This document shows positions 1-10,689 of a DNA stretch of 64,000 nucleotides, piece after piece. Position numbers and translations under genes: made by a program. The first letter of the stretch is position 1; each line of letters begins with the position of its first letter. This DNA comes from Calothrix sp. C42_A2020_038 (GTDB taxonomy: Bacteria; Cyanobacteriota; Cyanobacteriia; Cyanobacteriales; Nostocaceae). The DNA lies in the NCBI GenBank assembly GCA_015272395.1, contig JACYLQ010000016.1, positions 53,385-117,384 of the forward strand, in the 5' to 3' direction. The notes beneath the pieces were generated by a model. It ran no database searches and was not told the DNA's origin. It worked only from the letters and a program-made list of their open reading frames with translations.

Positions 1-1659
1 ATTGTCACACAACCAGAGGTTTTACCAGCTCAACAACCAGTATCGACAGATGTTGAAATAGTAGCTGTCACGTCTGATAGTTATCCGGTACGGACACAGG
101 TAAACCAACAGCAGGATACGTTTGAATCAAAATATAAAGATAAAAAACAGCCCGAAACCCAAGATGATAATCAAAATCCACAAAATGTAAAGAAACCTGA
201 AGAGGGGGAGAAAGCAACACCGGAAGAAATAGCTCGTCAACAAAGGTTGATGGAAGGGGATAAACTTTACTTAGCTGGGAATATTGCAGAAGCCGAGAAG
301 ATTTACCGTGAGGTTAAAGAACCCTTCAAGCAAGCTGCCAGTGACAATAAACAACGTCAACCTGCTATTGTTGATGCCGAACAATTGACACCAGCAGGTC
401 GAGTTTATTGGCGTGAGGCTCAAGCAGGAATTCTCAGCAATTTACAAACTCGTGCTTTAGTACCTTTGGAGTTGTTAGTTCAACAGGTACCGCAGTTTAT
501 ACCTGGGCATATAAAATATGCAGAAACTCTCAGAAAGTATGGTGATGGCAAGAAAGCGCTACAGGTGCTGGAGCGTGCAGCAACGCTTTATCCAAATCAG
601 CCAGATTTAGTCAGAGCGCGCGTTACCGCGTTGGGAGAAGCGAAAAAGTGGATGGAAGCGTCTTTAGCCGCACGTCAATATGCAATTCTCAATCCGAATG
701 ACCCATTGGCGCCAGAATTTACCAAGTTGGCAGATGACAATCTGAAGCGCTACAAATCTCATATTCGGGGTGAAATTCGTGGTAATGCAATTGCCAATAT
801 TATTACAGGTGCCCTAGGCTATGCTGTCACAGGCAGTTTACTTGGGCCATTTTCGGCACTGGACTCAACGATTTTGCTGCTTCAAGGTGAACAATCAATC
901 GGTGAGTCAGTCGCGAAACAAGCAAAAAAACAGCTTGATTTGGTTAAAGATGAAACCGTTAATGCATACGTTAATGAGATTGGACAAAAACTTGCATCAC
1001 TCGCTGGGCGGAACGAATTTAAATATGAATTTTTCGTAATTCCCGAACCTGACTTAAACGCATTTGCCTTACCTGGTGGCAAAATATTTATTAACGCAGG
1101 CGCCATCGAAAAAGCAAGGTCAGAAGCCGAGTTAGCGGGGTTGATTGGTCATGAATTATCCCATGTTGTGCTGTCACACGGTTTTCAATTGGTTACTCAA
1201 GGTAATTTAATTTCAAACATTACTCAGTATTTACCTCTAGGTGGAACCGTCGGACAGCTATTTGGTCTCTCCTACAGCCGTGAAATGGAGCGACAAGCAG
1301 ATGTTTTGGGTACACGTTTACTTGTTACATCTGGATACGCAGCAGATGGATTACGAAACTTGATGGTAACGCTTAAACAACAACAGAAAAACTTACCACC
1401 AACTTGGGCATCATCACACCCAGGTGGGAATGAGCGGGTAAGTTATTTGGAAGATTTAATTACGCGCAACAGTTACAATCGTTATGCTTATGAAGGAGTA
1501 GCCAAGCATCAAGAAATTCGCTCCAAAGTGAAAATCATACTTAAAGAGGTAAAAGAATGTCGCAAGGACAAGAAAAAATGTCCTGACAAGAAAAAACCAG
1601 AACACGAGCAACGCAGCCAAGAAACCGAATCACAGCCAAGCGACTCTAACAACAAATAA
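1..1659 (+). CDS. M48-family Zn metallopeptidase with TPR-like N-terminal half (5' end runs off the window)
   Basis: Frame 1 has no stop from base 1 up to the track start at 247, so the CDS is truncated by the window edge. It carries the zinc motif GHELSHVVLSHG, TPR-like helices and a Lys-rich tail. Confidence 0.8.
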   Translation: MVTQPEVLPAQQPVSTDVEIVAVTSDSYPVRTQVNQQQDTFESKYKDKKQPETQDDNQNPQNVKKPEEGEKATPEEIARQQRLMEGDKLYLAGNIAEAEKIYREVKEPFKQAASDNKQRQPAIVDAEQLTPAGRVYWREAQAGILSNLQTRALVPLELLVQQVPQFIPGHIKYAETLRKYGDGKKALQVLERAATLYPNQPDLVRARVTALGEAKKWMEASLAARQYAILNPNDPLAPEFTKLADDNLKRYKSHIRGEIRGNAIANIITGALGYAVTGSLLGPFSALDSTILLLQGEQSIGESVAKQAKKQLDLVKDETVNAYVNEIGQKLASLAGRNEFKYEFFVIPEPDLNAFALPGGKIFINAGAIEKARSEAELAGLIGHELSHVVLSHGFQLVTQGNLISNITQYLPLGGTVGQLFGLSYSREMERQADVLGTRLLVTSGYAADGLRNLMVTLKQQQKNLPPTWASSHPGGNERVSYLEDLITRNSYNRYAYEGVAKHQEIRSKVKIILKEVKECRKDKKKCPDKKKPEHEQRSQETESQPSDSNNK

Positions 1660-1783
1660 CGGCTTCATCGAATGAAATTTTAGTGATATGTAGCAAAAAC
1701 AAGTCAAATCATCGCTATTGACAGACACATCAAAGCAAGAGGGCAAGTTATAATTTTTTTGCGGATGAGTATTGTAAATATTT

Positions 1784-2104
1784 ATGACTACCCCTCTTGT
1801 ACAAGCTTTTTTTGTTGGTAGAGCTGTCGCTGAAATTCTAAGCGAGCGTCTCGAACACACTGTTACTGATGCTTTGAGCGAACTTGGTAAATTGGATGCT
1901 GAGTTACGTGAGCAGGCACGTTTGTTCACTGAAGAAGTAATGACTCGTGCGAACCAAGCGTCTGAAGCAGCAGGTGCAGGTTTTGCCAATTCCAACGTCG
2001 GGCAAACAGCACAAACTACTGATACGCAAGCTACGATTGACGATTTGCGTGCGGAAATCGCAACACTACGTACTGAATTACAGCGATACCGTGTTAATGG
2101 TTGA
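1784..2104 (+). CDS. small coiled-coil protein of unknown function
   Basis: ATG-initiated 106-aa ORF with a helical heptad-like sequence. It is preferred over the overlapping 121-aa minus-strand ORF, which has Cys/Ser/Arg-rich shadow-like composition. Confidence 0.5.
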   Translation: MTTPLVQAFFVGRAVAEILSERLEHTVTDALSELGKLDAELREQARLFTEEVMTRANQASEAAGAGFANSNVGQTAQTTDTQATIDDLRAEIATLRTELQRYRVNG

Positions 2105-2279
2105 TTGTTGAACGCTAATCGTTAATTGTCTGAGAGTCATATTTCCGCAATTAACAATTAGCGGCAAAACAGAGCCAATTCACAATTACGTGTATAAATT
2201 TTCAGTTGTTTACAAACAAAAAGTGTATTTTCTTCCCAGAGACTTAGTTAATCCCAGCGGTAGTTAGCAGTTAAAAAAT

Positions 2280-3962
2280 ATGGAAAAAGGATATTCTGAT
2301 AAGGCATACCGTTGGAATCGCGAAAACTACTCTAGCAGGCGCCGCTTTGTAGATATATGGGCGTTTGTACTACTGTTGATGTATCGACTTTGGCTGTATA
2401 ACAAATCCTGGAGTTATCCGGGAGGAGTCAGTGAAGCAAAGCAGGCATCACGACGGCGGGTTTTGGCAGTTTGGATTCGTAATACACTACTCGATTTAGG
2501 GCCGACTTTTATTAAAGTTGGACAATTGTTTTCGACCCGTGCAGATATTTTTCCTGTCGAGTATGTCGAAGAACTATCAAAACTTCAAGACCGAGTTCCA
2601 GCTTTCAGCTACGAACAAGTCGAGTCTACGATTGAGAAAGAACTTGGTAAAAAAATTCCTGAACTGTTCCAAAGTTTTGAACCAGTTCCTCTAGCAGCTG
2701 CTTCTTTGGGACAAGTCCACAAAGCAGTTTTACACTCTGGTGAAGTTGTTGTTGTCAAAGTTCAACGTCCTGGACTTAAAAAGCTGTTTGAAATTGATTT
2801 ACAAATACTTAAAGGTATCGCACGTTATTTTCAAAACCATCCCAAATGGGGCAAAGGACGTGACTGGATAGGTATTTATGAAGAGTGCTGTAGGATTCTC
2901 TGGGAAGAAATCGATTACTTAAGTGAAGGTCGTAATGCCGATACTTTCCGTCGTAATTTCCGGGATTATAATTGGGTGAAAGTTCCTCGTGTTTACTGGC
3001 GTTACGCCTCTTCACGTGTACTGACGCTTGAGTATGCACCGGGTATTAAAATTAGTCAATATGAAGCTTTGGAAGCAGCAGGTTTAAACCGAAAAGTACT
3101 CGCACGTCAAGGCGCCGAAGCTTACTTGCACCAATTGCTCGACAATGGTTTTTTCCACGCCGATCCACACCCTGGAAATATTGCTGTTAGCCCGGAAGGC
3201 GCACTAATTTTTTATGACTTTGGCATGATGGGACGAATCAAGTCCAATGTCCGTGAAGGTTTGATGGAGACTTTATTTGGTATCGCTTCCAAAGATGGCG
3301 ATCGAGTTGTGCAGTCACTTATTGACTTGGGCGCCATCGCACCAACTGATGATATGGGGCCAGTACGGCGTTCTGTGCAGTATATGCTCGATAACTTTAT
3401 GGATAAACCGTTTGAAAACCAATCGGTTGCCGCCATTAGTGACGACTTGTACGAAATCGCTTATAATCAGCCATTTAGATTTCCAGCAACCTTCACTTTC
3501 GTGATGCGGGCTTTTTCGACACTCGAAGGTGTTGGTAAAGGGCTTGACCCTGACTTTAATTTCATGGAAGTCGCAAAACCCTATGCAATGCAGCTTATGA
3601 CTAACACAAACGGAGAGGGTAATAGTCTACTCAATGAACTTAGCCGCCAAGCAGTGCAAGTCAGTAGTACTGCTTTTGGATTACCACGTCGTCTCGAAGA
3701 TACTCTCGAAAAACTCGAACGCGGTGATGTGCGGATGCGTGTGCGAGCGATAGAAACCGAGCGTTTGCTCAGAAGACAAAGTAATATCCAACTAACTACG
3801 ACTTATGCAGTAATTATCGGTAGTTTTACCCTTTCAGCCTCGATTTTATTAGTCAAAGATTATATATGGTTAGCTGTATTTGTTGCTTTGGTCGCAATTC
3901 TCGTATCATGGCTGTTAATTAGGCTAATTTTACGCCTTGACCGCTATGACCGTATGTATTAA
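2280..3962 (+). CDS. ABC1/UbiB (AarF) family atypical protein kinase with C-terminal TM helices
   Basis: 560 aa with typical ABC1 motifs ([36 protein letters not shown]) and a hydrophobic C-terminus. Confidence 0.85.
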   Translation: MEKGYSDKAYRWNRENYSSRRRFVDIWAFVLLLMYRLWLYNKSWSYPGGVSEAKQASRRRVLAVWIRNTLLDLGPTFIKVGQLFSTRADIFPVEYVEELSKLQDRVPAFSYEQVESTIEKELGKKIPELFQSFEPVPLAAASLGQVHKAVLHSGEVVVVKVQRPGLKKLFEIDLQILKGIARYFQNHPKWGKGRDWIGIYEECCRILWEEIDYLSEGRNADTFRRNFRDYNWVKVPRVYWRYASSRVLTLEYAPGIKISQYEALEAAGLNRKVLARQGAEAYLHQLLDNGFFHADPHPGNIAVSPEGALIFYDFGMMGRIKSNVREGLMETLFGIASKDGDRVVQSLIDLGAIAPTDDMGPVRRSVQYMLDNFMDKPFENQSVAAISDDLYEIAYNQPFRFPATFTFVMRAFSTLEGVGKGLDPDFNFMEVAKPYAMQLMTNTNGEGNSLLNELSRQAVQVSSTAFGLPRRLEDTLEKLERGDVRMRVRAIETERLLRRQSNIQLTTTYAVIIGSFTLSASILLVKDYIWLAVFVALVAILVSWLLIRLILRLDRYDRMY

Positions 3963-3994
3963 AAACACATTTGTGCTGCTTTTGTAAAAAAATT

Positions 3995-4723
3995 ATGAAA
4001 AGAAACTATACCGGAGCTAGTGACCCCGGACTTATTCGATTTTCTAATCAGGATGCTTATTATACTGACCCAGAAGGTCGATTCTTTGTAGTTGCTGATG
4101 GAATGGGTGGTCATGCAGGGGGTGAGGAAGCTAGTCGTATCGCTACTCAAGAAATTCAAGGCTATTTAGTTGCGAATTGGGATTCACAGATTTCTTCTGA
4201 AAAATTACTCGAAGAAGCATTTCTTCGAGCTAATGAAGCTATTATTCAAGATCAAAAAAGCCATCCCGAACGCGCGGATATGGGAACAACTGCGGTGGTT
4301 ATACTTTTCCGTGACCCAGACTCACCATTATGCGCTCACGTTGGTGACTCCAGACTATATCGATGGCGTGAGTCACAACTCGAACAAATTACAGAAGACC
4401 ACACCTGGGTAGCACGCGCGCTCAAAGTGGGTGACATCTCACCGGATGAAGCACGTATTCACCCCTTCCGTCACGTACTATCACGCTGTTTAGGACGCGA
4501 AGATTTGCAAGGTATTGATATTCAGCCTCTAGATGTTAAAGCAGGTGACCGTTTACTACTGTGTAGTGATGGACTAACCGAAGAACTTGTTGACGAAACA
4601 ATTGCCAGCTACCTTCAGGAATCCTCAATGCTTGATAAAGCAGCTTTCGCACTCATCGAAGCCGCAAAACAACAAGGTGGACACGACAATATCACTGTGG
4701 TACTTGTAGCGCTTGATAGCTGA
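3995..4723 (+). CDS. PP2C-family Ser/Thr protein phosphatase
   Basis: PP2C motifs are present ([34 protein letters not shown]). ATG at 3995 is chosen over the track's TTG at 3971. The gene starts 32 bp after the ABC1 kinase stop. Confidence 0.85.
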   Translation: MKRNYTGASDPGLIRFSNQDAYYTDPEGRFFVVADGMGGHAGGEEASRIATQEIQGYLVANWDSQISSEKLLEEAFLRANEAIIQDQKSHPERADMGTTAVVILFRDPDSPLCAHVGDSRLYRWRESQLEQITEDHTWVARALKVGDISPDEARIHPFRHVLSRCLGREDLQGIDIQPLDVKAGDRLLLCSDGLTEELVDETIASYLQESSMLDKAAFALIEAAKQQGGHDNITVVLVALDS

Positions 4724-4805
4724 TCTATTTGCTTTGAAATATGCTCATTACTATTTTTTGTTCATTTTGAGCTTTTTTTATCTTTACCAATTGATAAAAA
4801 TACAG

Positions 4806-4833
4806 TACCCTCCTAGAAACACCTGGGAGGGTA
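4806..4833 (+). terminator. hairpin downstream of the PP2C gene
   Basis: TACCCTCC (4806-4813) and GGAGGGTA (4826-4833) form a perfect 8-bp stem, followed by A/T-rich sequence. Confidence 0.35.
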
Positions 4834-5213
4834 ATTTATAACTTTTTCTTGATTGACATCTTGCTACTTTTACTGTATATCGACTAAAATCAATATTTAA
4901 TACCCTTCTCTTTTTTAAACTAGAGAAGGCGTAAGTTGTATTAACTTTTTAGTAGATATTACAAAAATCTACCGAAATATGCTTTGGCAGACTTGTATAT
5001 GTAACTAAAAGGTTTTGGACACTCAACTGAGAGATATGGTAAAATCCACCCAAAAGTAGTGGGCACGATGTTAAACAATTGTTATCTTTCGTAATACAGA
5101 GGTAAAAGATTAGATTTTTACTCCCAGAAACCTAAGTCTTGCAACCTTTGTAAAGCGTCCAGTCTCTTTTATCTATACTTTTCGTCTTCTTCTCTATCTG
5201 GAGTTAAACTACC

Positions 5214-5411
5214 ATGAACAACCCAATTGAACTTACACTCGAACAACAATTTAGTATTCATTCTTTTGCTACCCAAGTACAAGATATGAGTCATGAACAA
5301 GCTAAAGACTTTTTGATCAAGCTTTACGAACAAATGGTTGTCAGAGAAGCAACATATAAAGAGCTTCTCAAGCATCAATGGGGTTTGGACTCCGGCCCTA
5401 GCTTGGCATAA
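5214..5411 (+). CDS. nblA: phycobilisome degradation protein NblA
   Basis: 65 aa. The sequence LTLEQQFSIHSFATQVQDMSHEQAKDFLIKLYEQMVVREATYKELLKHQWG is a textbook NblA. GGAG sits about 10 nt upstream of the ATG. Confidence 0.9.
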   Translation: MNNPIELTLEQQFSIHSFATQVQDMSHEQAKDFLIKLYEQMVVREATYKELLKHQWGLDSGPSLA

Positions 5412-5780
5412 ACAATCGAAGCTTGTCTAGTGTCGCAGAAGGCGACCTCCTTCTCTTGCTTATTTCCAAGGTGGAAAGGAGCTGGGGATGCTGGGGCGTC
5501 AACTCATCTAAAGTCAAAATCAAAATCAAACAATACTCACAACAAGCATCAATCAACTTGCAAAGCTTGCTATTTGCTTGTGCCAATATTTAACGACATT
5601 TATTTTGAGCAACGTTGTTGAAGCCGCACACTATTATTTATATTGCTTACAGCCTTTTTTTACAACCGTAATATATTTAATCTTAATATCTTTTAATAAT
5701 ATTGATAGAAAATGTTACATTAAGAGTAAATGCCTAAGTAAATATACTTATTAATATGTTCAAATCACCATAACTTAGCT

Positions 5781-7349
5781 TTAGGCAGATAAGTCACAGG
5801 GAGAATCTGTATTGATTGAGGAAAGTTTGGTGAGAATTTGAGGTTTAATTTTTTCGTATTCAGTTTTGAGATAGGTTTTACTAATTTGGGAATTAGTTGA
5901 CGAAGGAAGCGTGTTGCTAAGTAACGCCCATTCTTGTAAACGATGACATTGAGAAGAAGCAATAGTTGAGGTGAGGGTATAAGTCGGACGGTTTGGCTGT
6001 TCTCGGGCGAAAAATAGCAGTCGGTAACAACCTCTTTGACTAAGTAACTGGACTATTTCCTGACCAAAATTCGTTTTGAGGTCAAGGTAGTAAGGTAGCC
6101 ACTTGGCGCCAAACCTGCGATTGTATATGACAGTAATCCACAAAAGCATCGGATGAGGAGCTGAAATAAAAAGAAATTGATTGTAACGACTACAAACCGA
6201 ACGCTTTTGAATTTCCAGTATAGGTAACATTATCCATAGTGCGGGGATAACTTGATCTTGAACACGGATGGGTTGAGGGAAAACAATATCAGCTATTGGT
6301 TTGTTCTTGGGCCAAGTTGCAAGTTTAGCAGTGTCCTCAGACGGAGAACTCGATACTTGGCTTTCTAACGATGGAGCAACTACAGTAGGAATAGGAGCAT
6401 TGCTAGGAATGTGGGATGATTTGTGTGTCGGTGGTGTAAGAGTTGTTCTGACAACTTCAGAAGTGATATCAACTGCTGCCAGTACTTGAATGATATCGCT
6501 GATGTTTTGTGGACGGTCGCTAGGTTTTTTCGCAAGGCAACTCATCACCAAATCATCTACAGATTTAGGAATGTAAAAGTTAATATCAATTTCTGCGAAA
6601 GAGCGTGGTTCTTGAAACTGATGTGCTTTATACCACGCACCGAATGAGTGAGTAGGAGCTATTAAAGGTAATTTTCCTGTCAGCATTTCAAACATCATCA
6701 CACCCAAACTATAGATATCCGAACGGTTATCGAGTTCTTTACCCTCCATTTGTTCGGGGGAAGAATAAGCCAAAGTTCCTAGGTAGTAATTTGTTTGCTG
6801 CGTATTCGACTGAAGTAGTTTAGCGATACCAAAATCTAAAATTTTAACTAATTCACCAAAAGTTGGGTCTACAATTACCAGCATATTGCTGGGTTTGATG
6901 TCGCGGTGAATAATTGGATAAATCGTACCATCAACAGCAATACCATCATGGGCACATTGCAAACCTAAACAAATCTGCCGTGTCAAGCTCAAGAAGCGCA
7001 TTAAAGACATCTCTTGTTTACGAATGATATGAGACAAGCTTTTACCTTGTAGGTATTCCATCACGTAGAAGGGAATATTGTGTTCGTCTACACCGTAGTC
7101 CATGACTCGAACAATTTGAATACTTTTTTGCCCTAACAGCGCACAGGTTTTTGCTTCACGCTCAAAGCGTTCCTGCAAGCGCATTTTTTTATTACTTTGA
7201 ATCGACATTGAGAGAAACTTAACCGCAACTGGCACACCTCCCAACAGAGTATCCTTAGCACGATATACTCGTCCCATCGCTCCAGTTCCGATTAACTCTT
7301 GAAGCTGATACCGATTGCTAAGTTTGCGACCGACGTTGGGGTCTGACAT
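5781..7349 (-). CDS. Hanks-type Ser/Thr protein kinase with an uncharacterised ~190-aa C-terminal domain
   Basis: Kinase motifs are present: GTGAMGRVY, VAVK, HRDIKPSN, DFG and SPE. ATG at 7349 is preferred to the track's TTG at 7367. I do not recognise the C-terminal third. Confidence 0.85.
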   Translation of the reverse strand: MSDPNVGRKLSNRYQLQELIGTGAMGRVYRAKDTLLGGVPVAVKFLSMSIQSNKKMRLQERFEREAKTCALLGQKSIQIVRVMDYGVDEHNIPFYVMEYLQGKSLSHIIRKQEMSLMRFLSLTRQICLGLQCAHDGIAVDGTIYPIIHRDIKPSNMLVIVDPTFGELVKILDFGIAKLLQSNTQQTNYYLGTLAYSSPEQMEGKELDNRSDIYSLGVMMFEMLTGKLPLIAPTHSFGAWYKAHQFQEPRSFAEIDINFYIPKSVDDLVMSCLAKKPSDRPQNISDIIQVLAAVDITSEVVRTTLTPPTHKSSHIPSNAPIPTVVAPSLESQVSSSPSEDTAKLATWPKNKPIADIVFPQPIRVQDQVIPALWIMLPILEIQKRSVCSRYNQFLFISAPHPMLLWITVIYNRRFGAKWLPYYLDLKTNFGQEIVQLLSQRGCYRLLFFAREQPNRPTYTLTSTIASSQCHRLQEWALLSNTLPSSTNSQISKTYLKTEYEKIKPQILTKLSSINTDSPCDLSA

Positions 7350-7487
7350 AGTAAGCTTTGACTCCAATCTTTAATCTCAAAAAAATTTTCTGCTGATTTT
7401 AGTATTCCCACATTTACTGGCATAAATACCAAATAAACAAATGAAACAAAAATTTTTGAATATAGTGTATAAAAAATAACTATTATT

Positions 7488-9905
7488 TTAGACTCTAATC
7501 AATCTAGTAATCGCCTCTGTTAAAGCTAATGGTTCTACTGGTTTTGCCATATGAAGAATAAAACCTGCATCAAGTATCTTTTGACGGTCGTATTCTCCTG
7601 CAAAAGCGGTCAGCGCAATAGCTGGAATCAATCCACCATTTTCAGGCGCCCACATTCTAATTTGTCGTAATAATTCATACCCGTCCATTGAAGGCATTCC
7701 AATATCGCTGACTAAAACGTGAGGCTTTGAGCTAGTCAAGACTTGTAGTGCTTCCAGTGCTGAAGAGACTTTAATCACTTCGGCACCGTGCAATTCCAAT
7801 GCAAAAGCAATAAAATCCCGCGAGTCTTGGTCATCATCAACAGTCAAAACTCGAATGCCAGCAAGTGATGGATTTTGAGTAGAGACGTAATTAATCACGT
7901 CTTGATTTAACAATCTTGACTCAGCACAACTTAATATAGGTAGTCTGACACTGAAAGTAGCTCCTTGATTGATACCTGGACTATGTGCCTCCACTGTACC
8001 GCCATGCAGTTCCACTAAATTACGAACAATTGCTAATCCAAGTCCTAAACCACCAAATTTTCTTGTAGTAGTACTATCCTCTTGACAAAAATAATCAAAG
8101 ATATGTGGCAAAAAATCTGGACTAATACCTTTACCTGTATCACTGACAGCAATTTTGACAAAACCACCCTCTATCAATAACTTGACTTCGACTTGCCCAC
8201 CACTAGGTGTAAACTTGATTGCGTTGGATAAAAGGTTCCAAAAAACTTGCTGTAAGCGCGCGGCATCACCTGTAATCTGAATATTGCTATTATTTTGTGT
8301 ACTATTATTGTTGTTAATAAAACCATGAATCCGAATACTCTTGCTTTCTGCTGCTAAACTAACGGTATCAATAGCGGCAGAAATCACAGATACTAAATCT
8401 ACACAAGTGATATTGAGTGTGAGTTTGCCGCGAAGAATTCGCGAAACATCCAGCAAATCTTCGATTAAATTAACTTGCAGTTTGGCATTGCGTTCTATAG
8501 TATTTAAAGCTTCCTGTGCTTTTTGAGGATTTAGCTTGCCACTTTTTAACAGCTTGACCCAACCAATTATTGGGTTGAGAGGAGTTCTGAGTTCATGGGA
8601 GAGAACAGCAAGGAACTCATCTTTAACACGATTAGCTCTTTCGGCTTCTGCTCTGGCAGCTTGCTCACTTAATAATAATTTTTCGCGTTCAATTTCTGCT
8701 TGCTTGCGGTCATCAATGTCAATAGCGACACCAACCCATTTTTTAATTATTTGTCCTGAATCATCTCGTATAGGTAATCCGCGCGCGATAAACCAACGAT
8801 ACACACCATCCGAAGCACGACGACAGCGAATTTCTGCTTCATAGGTGTCAACATCATGATTTGCTTGTTTCCAAACCTTGATCACTCGCTCTCTATCTTC
8901 TGGGTGAATCACATGAACCCATTGATAGTTAATAATTTGTTCCATCGACAAACCACTATAATCAAGCCAGTACTGATTACAGTAAGTTATGCGACCATCG
9001 TCAGTTGACATCCAAACTACTTGGGGGGCAACTTCAGTCAAAATTCGGTAACGTTCCTCGCTTTCGCGCAAAGCTTGTTCAACTCGTTTCGTATCATCAA
9101 TATCCGTACAAGACCCAAACCAACGGATGATTTTTCCATCTTTATCCCGGAGTGGAAATGCTCTACCAATAAACCAACGGTACTGCCCATCCGAAGCACG
9201 TTTAAAACGATACTCAATATTATAGTCTTTACCTGTACGCAACGATTCGTTCCAGATATCAAGACACCTTTGACGGTCATCAGGGTGCAATAAATGACTC
9301 CATCCCCAACCTTGAGTCTGCTCTAGAGTCATTCCTGTATATTCAAACCAGCGTTTATTAAAATAATCGTGGTAGCCATCAGGCAATGTAGTCCAGAATA
9401 ACTGTGGCATTGTATCAGCCAAAGTTTGGAAGCTCAGTTCGCTTGACTGTAAAGCTGGTTGCGATTCTCGGTAACTAATGTCTCGTAAGCAGTTTAAAAT
9501 AGTAAAATGCCCTACAACCGAAAAGTTGGAAACAACTGCGTAAGGTTGGGTGGCGCCTGGTAAGTACAAGGGTTGAAAGTTTAATTCCAGCCATACCCCA
9601 TCACTTGATTTACAAAACCCAATAACTAAGTTTTGAACAGCCTTATTTGTTTGAAATACTAGTGTCGCTGGGTAATTATCATGTGTGTAACATATCCCAT
9701 TTATATCTATAATATTTGAGCATAAATCAAATAACTTTTCACCTATGACTTCATTTGGACTGTATCCCAAATGTGTAATACCGTTGCAACCATAAATTGT
9801 GCCGTCAGCAAACTGAAGTAACATTCCATCTTCTGTAGCCTTGGAAGTAGTTTGCAAACTTTTTGTATGAACAATAAGATGAGAAGAGGTTTCTTCTTTT
9901 TGCAT
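7488..9905 (-). CDS. hybrid sensor histidine kinase (PAS/PAC repeats, HisKA, HATPase_c, receiver)
   Basis: Repeated PAS/PAC segments (YRWFIGRAFP, YRWFIARGLP), H-box SHELRTPLN, G-boxes (GGLGLGLAI) and receiver motifs (VDDD...DIGMPSMDGY). ATG is at 9905; an alternative GTG is at 9914. Confidence 0.85.
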   Translation of the reverse strand: MQKEETSSHLIVHTKSLQTTSKATEDGMLLQFADGTIYGCNGITHLGYSPNEVIGEKLFDLCSNIIDINGICYTHDNYPATLVFQTNKAVQNLVIGFCKSSDGVWLELNFQPLYLPGATQPYAVVSNFSVVGHFTILNCLRDISYRESQPALQSSELSFQTLADTMPQLFWTTLPDGYHDYFNKRWFEYTGMTLEQTQGWGWSHLLHPDDRQRCLDIWNESLRTGKDYNIEYRFKRASDGQYRWFIGRAFPLRDKDGKIIRWFGSCTDIDDTKRVEQALRESEERYRILTEVAPQVVWMSTDDGRITYCNQYWLDYSGLSMEQIINYQWVHVIHPEDRERVIKVWKQANHDVDTYEAEIRCRRASDGVYRWFIARGLPIRDDSGQIIKKWVGVAIDIDDRKQAEIEREKLLLSEQAARAEAERANRVKDEFLAVLSHELRTPLNPIIGWVKLLKSGKLNPQKAQEALNTIERNAKLQVNLIEDLLDVSRILRGKLTLNITCVDLVSVISAAIDTVSLAAESKSIRIHGFINNNNSTQNNSNIQITGDAARLQQVFWNLLSNAIKFTPSGGQVEVKLLIEGGFVKIAVSDTGKGISPDFLPHIFDYFCQEDSTTTRKFGGLGLGLAIVRNLVELHGGTVEAHSPGINQGATFSVRLPILSCAESRLLNQDVINYVSTQNPSLAGIRVLTVDDDQDSRDFIAFALELHGAEVIKVSSALEALQVLTSSKPHVLVSDIGMPSMDGYELLRQIRMWAPENGGLIPAIALTAFAGEYDRQKILDAGFILHMAKPVEPLALTEAITRLIRV

Positions 9906-10088
9906 TTTGAACACTTAAGCAGATGAATTAAGCACGTAATAACACTTAGTAAAAAGTTTTTATATACAAATTTTGTGACATAATGTCATCAGATAGAAAC
10001 AAACTAACTATATTCATATTAATAACCCTTGATATTAAGGTAATATAGATAAAAATTACTTCTATCCAAAGGTTTATTTTTTAAAACA

Positions 10089-10541
10089 TCAGGACTGAGA
10101 TTGATGACGTTCGAGTTTAGCTTCAATCGTACTAGAAAGAAAATGACCAACAAGGATACCACCAGTTAAGTAATAGGCATCGTCAGAAATTCGGTGTAAA
10201 GTATCGAAACCACTACGACGTTGACGGTCACTAAGTACCCAGTATCGTTGCACAATTGTTTCTGGACCAATCCAACCTTCTCCTTCAATTTGCCCAAATT
10301 GATTGTGTTGTAACAAGAACGAGTAGTGACGTTCACCATCATCAAGACGACCTTTGTACTGTAATGCAATTTCCGCGCGCTCACTGCCTGGAAAAATTAG
10401 CTTAGTCACCATAGTAAACCAATTATCTCGATTCCACGCTATCAATGTCATACCTTTAACAGCAACTGGCATTGCGTCACGTTCCAACCAGCTACCTTGT
10501 AAAGTCCAGCGTCCAGCTTCGAGTAAGAAAGAGTGTCTCAC
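10089..10541 (-). CDS. hypothetical protein
   Basis: 150-aa ORF with a GTG start and protein-like composition. No motif recognised. Confidence 0.45.
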   Translation of the reverse strand: MRHSFLLEAGRWTLQGSWLERDAMPVAVKGMTLIAWNRDNWFTMVTKLIFPGSERAEIALQYKGRLDDGERHYSFLLQHNQFGQIEGEGWIGPETIVQRYWVLSDRQRRSGFDTLHRISDDAYYLTGGILVGHFLSSTIEAKLERHQSQS

Positions 10542-10610
10542 CTGTAATACCTTGTATGAGTAAATTTAGTATACCCATACGAAAGTGTGGAGTTATAAGT
10601 TGGGAGAAGC

Positions 10611-10639
10611 GGAGTTAGGAGTTGAAAACTCATAACTCA
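10611..10639 (-). terminator. GGAGTTAGGAGTT/AACTCATAACTC hairpin downstream of anmK
   Basis: 11 of 12 positions pair around a tight loop, nested inside a second GGAGT...ACTCC pair (10588-10657). It lies just past the anmK stop. Confidence 0.35.
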
Positions 10640-10689
10640 TAACTTCTGAACTACTCCATCTCACTTAGTTCAAGATGAGGTAGTTCATT

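Noticed and set aside
1630-1995. 121-aa minus-strand ORF overlapping the 1784-2104 gene
   Set aside because: It overlaps both the M48 peptidase 3' end and the plus-strand coiled-coil ORF. The plus-strand reading looks more protein-like.
5398-5621. Two overlapping ~62-aa ORFs downstream of nblA
   Set aside because: They lie in a low-complexity spacer (TCAAAA repeats, CTGGGGA-like units) between convergent genes. They have no RBS and no recognisable family.
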